Below the pieces are notes generated by a model that was not told where the DNA came from, ran no database searches, and was given only the letters and a program-made list of their open reading frames with translations. This document shows positions 59,083 to 64,000 of a stretch of 64,000 nt of DNA, one piece after another. Numbering within the stretch: the stretch's first letter is position 1; each line of letters opens with the position of its first letter. The stretch lies in the NCBI GenBank assembly GCA_965228855.1, contig CBDDIJ010000005.1, positions 1,152,001 to 1,216,000 on the forward strand, written 5' to 3'. The translations under genes were made by a program, and so were the position numbers. The stretch is from Candidatus Obscuribacterales bacterium. GTDB lineage: Bacteria; Cyanobacteriota; Vampirovibrionia; Obscuribacterales; Obscuribacteraceae.

Positions 59083-60594
59083 ATGTCAGAAGACACAAAA
59101 AGCGTCGAAGAATTGAAACTGAAAGTAAGTGACGAAGTCACCGAATCTAAGCCAATCCAGGAAGATTCGTCCCGCCTCAACGTCCCACCGGAAGGTTTAA
59201 ATCCGTTTTCCGACATCGTCATAAATGAAAATCTTGAAGTTCTGGAATTTATCGGCAAAGGTGGCACCGGTCAAGTCTATAAGGTCCGCGATAAGACGCT
59301 GGATGAAATATTTGCCGTAAAATTGCTGCGAAGAGATTTGATAGTCGACACGCAGACGGTGAAGCGTTTCGTCCAAGAAGCAGAGACCGCCGCCAATCTT
59401 TCGCATCCGAATGTCGTAAGCGTGTATGGTCACGGAGAAGCTACCGACGGCTCCCCGTACATAACAATGAACTATATCGACGGCGAAAACCTGGCTCAAA
59501 TATTAAAACGCCAACATTCACTTAATTGGCAGACAATAGTCGATCTTTTCATACAGATTTGCGATGGTCTTGAACACGCTCATCAACAAGGTTTTATTCA
59601 TCGTGATCTGAAGCCGAGCAACATCCTTGTAAGCACCATAGGCGGTATCGAGTTGGCTCACATCGTCGATTTCGGCATCGCCAAAGTGATGGCTTCACGA
59701 GGGGATACGTTGAACACACTTACAGTCAGCGGTGAATTCCTCGGCACCCCCATGTATATGAGTCCGGAACAATGCCTGGGACAGAATGTCGATAAACGAA
59801 CAGATATCTATGCCCTCGGCTGCATGATGTTCGAAGCCCTGAATGGCGCCGGACCATTTGCTGGAGCGACTTCTGTCGAAATGATAGCGAAAAAGATGTC
59901 CGAAGATTCTCCCAGGCTTACGGCAGAGAACATACCTCCCCCGATGAAAATGGTCGTGGCTTGCTGCATGGCTCGCCAGGCTTCTGATCGATATTCCGAC
60001 ATTGCGAGCCTGAAGGAAGACCTCAAGGCTCTCCTTGTCGGAGAGAACCCCAGGAATGCTCAAATCAAAGTCGGCGTAGATGGAAACACAGGCGGCCGCA
60101 GGATGCTCGCGGCAATTCTCGATTACGCGTTCATAACAACTGTTACAAGCGTGACTAACATCTTCTGCCTGATCGGGCTGGCATTGACCACTACCGGGGT
60201 GAAAACCGACCCAGGCAAGTCAATCCTGGCGGGCGTGGCTCTAATTATCATGTTCGTGCTTCCGCCGTTCTTGAGCACCCTCTACTATGTCGCTTTCGAG
60301 AAGATTCGCGGGGCTACTCTTGCTAAGCAGCTGTGCGGGCTCTATATTACAGACGCGGCAGGCGGCAATTTGACATGGACTGCATCTCTTCTGAGAAACA
60401 CCATGAAGTTCGTCATCGTTGTCATTCTGCCGCTTCTCGGCTTAGTCGGATTTTTCATGCCACAAGCCGCCTGGGGCTTGCTCACGGCCTCGGTATTTAT
60501 AGGGCTGAGCGGCTACATTACGGTACGCTCGATAATCAAACACAGACGTCTGCCCTGGGATGTGATAGCCGGCGCCCAAGTGCGCAGACGTTAA
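59083..60594 (+). CDS. Ser/Thr kinase fused to an RDD domain
   Basis: GKGGTG, HRDLKPSN, DFG, YMSPE; RRMLAAILD, GATLAKQLCGL, PWDVIAG. Confidence 0.9.
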   Translation: MSEDTKSVEELKLKVSDEVTESKPIQEDSSRLNVPPEGLNPFSDIVINENLEVLEFIGKGGTGQVYKVRDKTLDEIFAVKLLRRDLIVDTQTVKRFVQEAETAANLSHPNVVSVYGHGEATDGSPYITMNYIDGENLAQILKRQHSLNWQTIVDLFIQICDGLEHAHQQGFIHRDLKPSNILVSTIGGIELAHIVDFGIAKVMASRGDTLNTLTVSGEFLGTPMYMSPEQCLGQNVDKRTDIYALGCMMFEALNGAGPFAGATSVEMIAKKMSEDSPRLTAENIPPPMKMVVACCMARQASDRYSDIASLKEDLKALLVGENPRNAQIKVGVDGNTGGRRMLAAILDYAFITTVTSVTNIFCLIGLALTTTGVKTDPGKSILAGVALIIMFVLPPFLSTLYYVAFEKIRGATLAKQLCGLYITDAAGGNLTWTASLLRNTMKFVIVVILPLLGLVGFFMPQAAWGLLTASVFIGLSGYITVRSIIKHRRLPWDVIAGAQVRRR

Positions 60595-61040
60595 CGCATA
60601 GACACCCTCTTTTGAAAGACTCGCACAACCTCAGGCTTAGGCTCCTCAACTTGGATATATCTGCTGAAACCTCCATAGAGGAACACGGCGCCAACCAGCA
60701 AATGCGCGACACTGTCAGCCGTTCCGAACTCCAGGTCTCCTGGAACAATACTGAGCAAATGGTTAGTCGCCCCCATGCCATGCATCAATGGTACTCCGGG
60801 TGGTGCTATTAAACCAATCACGCCGAGCGAGCCGTACAAGGTCCCCATCACGTAACAAAAATTCTTGGCAGCCAGATAAGAACCGAAATAGCCAAAGTAA
60901 ACAGCCAAAACACCGGTCGCCAGGTTCACCATGTTGTGACCCACGCTCAAGTGCATTCCAAGAAAACCCGGCGCTACGAAACCAATCAACCCGACGGCTA
61001 CGAACAACAGGCCGAGACAAAGACATACTACCCTGGCCAT
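60591..61040 (-). CDS. DUF4383-like membrane protein
   Basis: VAVGLIGF, HNMVNLATG, DSVAHL; four TM segments; GGAG SD. Confidence 0.75.
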   Translation of the reverse strand: MARVVCLCLGLLFVAVGLIGFVAPGFLGMHLSVGHNMVNLATGVLAVYFGYFGSYLAAKNFCYVMGTLYGSLGVIGLIAPPGVPLMHGMGATNHLLSIVPGDLEFGTADSVAHLLVGAVFLYGGFSRYIQVEEPKPEVVRVFQKRVSMR

Positions 61041-61163
61041 GACATAACTCCCTAATACCTTTCATACACTCCAATAGCACATCCAAACTCATCATTGCGG
61101 CATCAGTACTCGAGACTGTAATATCAGATAGCGGCTTCACGCCCTCTCTTTGGATTGATTAGC

Positions 61164-61871
61164 ATGTTGAAACGCTTCGCAAAACCGGTCATGATAGCAG
61201 CGGCATTAATGCTCGTTCCGCCCGCGGCGACAGCGCTGAAACCGGGGTCAGGAGGCGGGAAAGTTAACAGTGCAGCCTGGGAAACAGAGCGAATCTACAA
61301 CAACTGGGGAAAACACAAAATCGTTTTCTCCAGAAGTTTCTTTCGCATGGATGATCCCATCCGCGATTTTTCGATCGTTACGTCGGGTCCAGATTGGATT
61401 GTTTACTATTTTTCGGACAAGAAGAAAATCATCTATTCGACACCAATAACCCGTCCAAGACGCAGTTTCAGTGAGCGGATGGGTCTTCTCACGGGTGGTC
61501 GCGATCAAGACCCGACACACTGGCAGAAAGTCGGCAAGGCGAAATTGCTCGGGCAAGAATTTGACCATTATCGGCTGGCAAAGGACAAGTCCGGAGCCCC
61601 TCTCCAACGGGTAAGCTTTTGCGAGCTCTTCACGGCTTCAATGAAGGTGGAGCCTCAAGTCAGCAAAATGTTCGCAAATCTTTTTGACAGTCCTGACATG
61701 GGAAGTGTTCCAATTCGCATGCTTACGGGAACTCAGCGCTCCCATCTCCACATGGATACACTGTCGTTAAAGCCAACCGTGGTGTCGCCGGCGATGCGCG
61801 CCATTCCCAAGGGCTACAAGAAAGTTCCGAACGCCGAAGCGGTTATGTTCGAAGACCCCTCGTTTTTCTGA
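61164..61871 (+). CDS. Secreted hypothetical protein
   Basis: Signal peptide MLKRFAKPVMIAAALMLVPPAATA. Confidence 0.65.
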   Translation: MLKRFAKPVMIAAALMLVPPAATALKPGSGGGKVNSAAWETERIYNNWGKHKIVFSRSFFRMDDPIRDFSIVTSGPDWIVYYFSDKKKIIYSTPITRPRRSFSERMGLLTGGRDQDPTHWQKVGKAKLLGQEFDHYRLAKDKSGAPLQRVSFCELFTASMKVEPQVSKMFANLFDSPDMGSVPIRMLTGTQRSHLHMDTLSLKPTVVSPAMRAIPKGYKKVPNAEAVMFEDPSFF

Positions 61872-61881
61872 TCCGAAGTTA

Positions 61882-62652
61882 CTACTCTAATCCAAGAGCA
61901 CGCGTAGCTTTGATGTGAAATGTTTTCGAGCAAGTCTCGATAAATTCAGCACTCGAGATGTTCATAGCCTTGAGGACTTTCTTGTGATCGAAGACAAAAG
62001 CAAAGCAGGCTGTGTAAAAAATCATGCACCATATGTAGTGAACGAGGTGTTTTACAGCCCACGGATAAGACCGCAACTGCTCGGAAAGAAACTCGGTGTG
62101 GAACTTCAAGTGCATGATCTCATCAAGCACGATAAGCGAGAAGACTTCTTCCAGGGGTTTGTAGTCCACCTTATCAGCTACGTATTTATAAAAACATTTG
62201 CCGATTACTTCTGCCACCAGAAGTATCAAAAGTTCAGTTTTAAGATGTAACAGGCGGCGCATACAAACGAATGCAAAGTCCGTCCAGTGCCAGCTCAAAA
62301 GGTTTCCATTCATGGCAAGAATCACTTGTGACAGAATCTGCGCATGCGACTGTTCCTCTTTGATGAACATATCTACGCACTGAACGTACTCAGGATCGCC
62401 ATACTTCTTCGCGTACTTGCGGAGATGGCGCCCTTCGCCGGTCTCGCCAATTTGAAAGCGTTGCAGCGAACTGATGAGAGAAGCCTGGAGAGATTCATCG
62501 AGAGCAATCTCATTTGGCAATCTAACAGCAGGTCGCAGTTTTCTATTCTCTTCAAAGTACCTGCGCCATTGCGACGAGTCGAAGGTCGTCGTCGGCACCG
62601 AACGTCTGGAAAGGTCTATTGACGTATCGGCTGTGAGTGGCTGGCTGGTCAT
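61882..62652 (-). CDS. Ferritin-like domain protein
   Basis: FQIGETGEG, EEQSH, AEVIG, DEIMH di-iron-type ExxH motifs; likely start MTSQP. Confidence 0.75.
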   Translation of the reverse strand: MTSQPLTADTSIDLSRRSVPTTTFDSSQWRRYFEENRKLRPAVRLPNEIALDESLQASLISSLQRFQIGETGEGRHLRKYAKKYGDPEYVQCVDMFIKEEQSHAQILSQVILAMNGNLLSWHWTDFAFVCMRRLLHLKTELLILLVAEVIGKCFYKYVADKVDYKPLEEVFSLIVLDEIMHLKFHTEFLSEQLRSYPWAVKHLVHYIWCMIFYTACFAFVFDHKKVLKAMNISSAEFIETCSKTFHIKATRALGLE

Positions 62653-62876
62653 TCCTACATCCTTTCGCGGCATCGCGAACATGCATCTAGTCTGACCATA
62701 GCACGGCTTCCGATGCGAAAGATGCAAAATAAATCGATTAAAACCCAGCCCTTACGCGATGCTAACACTCCTCATATAAATCAATAACACAATCAATATC
62801 GGGTACATAATTCTTTGACCAGTTGCTGTGATAATCTTGAAGTCTTCAAGTCTCCGCCGGAGCCCGATTTCCGCCC

Positions 62877-64000
62877 ATGAATTTCGTCCAGATCATCGCC
62901 ACGCTTCGCAAGTTTGGTAATTATCTGGCGGGCATTTTCCCAGCCCTTGTCGGAGTCGTAGACTTCTTTTCAAAACAGTTCCAAAAGATTCTCAAACACC
63001 CGCTCATCGCCCCCTGGTGGGACAAATTCGCGGCCACGCCTTTTGCAAAATCAGTTTGGAAACTATTAGAACGCTTCTATTGGCGGACCTATTCCAAAGA
63101 TCGCCTCGACCTCGAAGAAGCGCCTCCCGCGACCCTTGGCCTGTTACGCCCGTTATTTCAAATCTGCGCATTGATGTGTGTTCTCATTCCGTTAACTCAG
63201 TTTGAGATCTGCCCGGTGACAGTCGAAGCTTTTTCCGGATTCAAGGGAGACGCGCCCGCCTGGTCTGTTTGGCTGTGGCTTCTATTTCTTCCATTTGCCT
63301 GGGCCGCCTTGCTGGTAGGCACAGCTATTTCAAACAGAATCGCATTTTCGCTGACGGCGATCGCTGCAGCGAACGTCGTCATGACGACCGTGATCCTGAT
63401 GCCGAGGAGTTTTTTCAACACCCTCCTGCCTGCCTCGATACTAATAGGTTTGGCGCTTTGCGAGAGAACGCTGCCACGTACCACGCGTACGAACAAAATA
63501 ATGAGCGCACTGAATCTGGCTATATGCGGTTCGGCAGCTGCCATACCGCTTATCATACTTACGCCGATTCGCCCCTGGCTTGGCACCTTTGTGAAACTCC
63601 CCGGCGAATACATCAGTATCGGAGGCGGTATCATACTCGGTGTTTTATTAGGAACAGGTGTTGGTTTATGGTCTCGGCTACCGGAAAACCATGAGCGTCC
63701 GTTCTTCCTTAGAGGGGCGGCCATGAGTCTTTCAGGCTGCGTTTGGACAATCGTATCACTTCTTACGGTTTTCCTTTTCGCCGGAGTCGGTCGCGGAGAT
63801 CTCGGTCAGTCCGGCGGTTTAATACTTACATCACTGGAGCTAACCACCTCGTATCTATGGCCCATCTGGTATTTCATCGGCGTCGGTATTCTGCATAAGC
63901 TAATGGGCAGCAGCAAAACGTTTGCATCAGCCATTGAAGGAATGCTGCCGCGCGTAATATTGGCACCGCTTCTGGTGCTTGGTCTCCTGGCCGCCCTGCT
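62877..64000 (+). CDS. Multi-pass membrane protein, truncated by window end
   Basis: Absent from the ORF track; hand translation from ATG 62877 (MNFVQIIATLRK...AWSVWLWLLFLPFAW...YLWPIWYFIGVG...) stays open to 64000. Confidence 0.75.
   Translation, partial: MNFVQIIATLRKFGNYLAGIFPALVGVVDFFSKQFQKILKHPLIAPWWDKFAATPFAKSVWKLLERFYWRTYSKDRLDLEEAPPATLGLLRPLFQICALMCVLIPLTQFEICPVTVEAFSGFKGDAPAWSVWLWLLFLPFAWAALLVGTAISNRIAFSLTAIAAANVVMTTVILMPRSFFNTLLPASILIGLALCERTLPRTTRTNKIMSALNLAICGSAAAIPLIILTPIRPWLGTFVKLPGEYISIGGGIILGVLLGTGVGLWSRLPENHERPFFLRGAAMSLSGCVWTIVSLLTVFLFAGVGRGDLGQSGGLILTSLELTTSYLWPIWYFIGVGILHKLMGSSKTFASAIEGMLPRVILAPLLVLGLLAAL

Noticed and set aside
7415..63364. Cyanobacterial HIP1 (GCGATCGC) at 7415, 11102, 55583 and 63357
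   Set aside because: Only a few copies seen, far below the density of HIP1-rich genomes.

Overview
Gene-dense bacterial chromosomal window with about 48 credible CDSs. I found no rRNA, tRNA, CRISPR-Cas, transposase or prophage. The gene repertoire (three Hanks-type kinases, FHA, TPR/LRR proteins, TadE-like triplet, long low-complexity hypotheticals) suggests a non-photosynthetic Cyanobacteriota lineage such as Obscuribacterales; that is inference only. Main blocks: fabH region; a TadE/TadG-vWA pilin-like operon; a coupled six-gene YehLMPQ-like operon (MoxR AAA+, DUF5682-like, vWA, SWIM-like) led by a pentapeptide-repeat/SWIM-like fusion; a ten-gene pur cluster (purF,C,D,N,SL,Q,M,H,E,K) with atypical PurC and PurSL; and signalling genes. 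The strongest signal not explained by genes is a dispersed palindrome, TnAACCGATATCGGTTnA. It occurs in 8 copies: 3 single intergenic copies, a 4-copy tandem array upstream of purF, and 1 in-frame copy inside a CDS. Also notable: a Q/N/G/Y prion-like protein, an FHA protein with a probably inactive restriction-endonuclease-like C-terminus, and a candidate structured RNA upstream of a cell-wall amidase. All calls are by eye; no searches were run.
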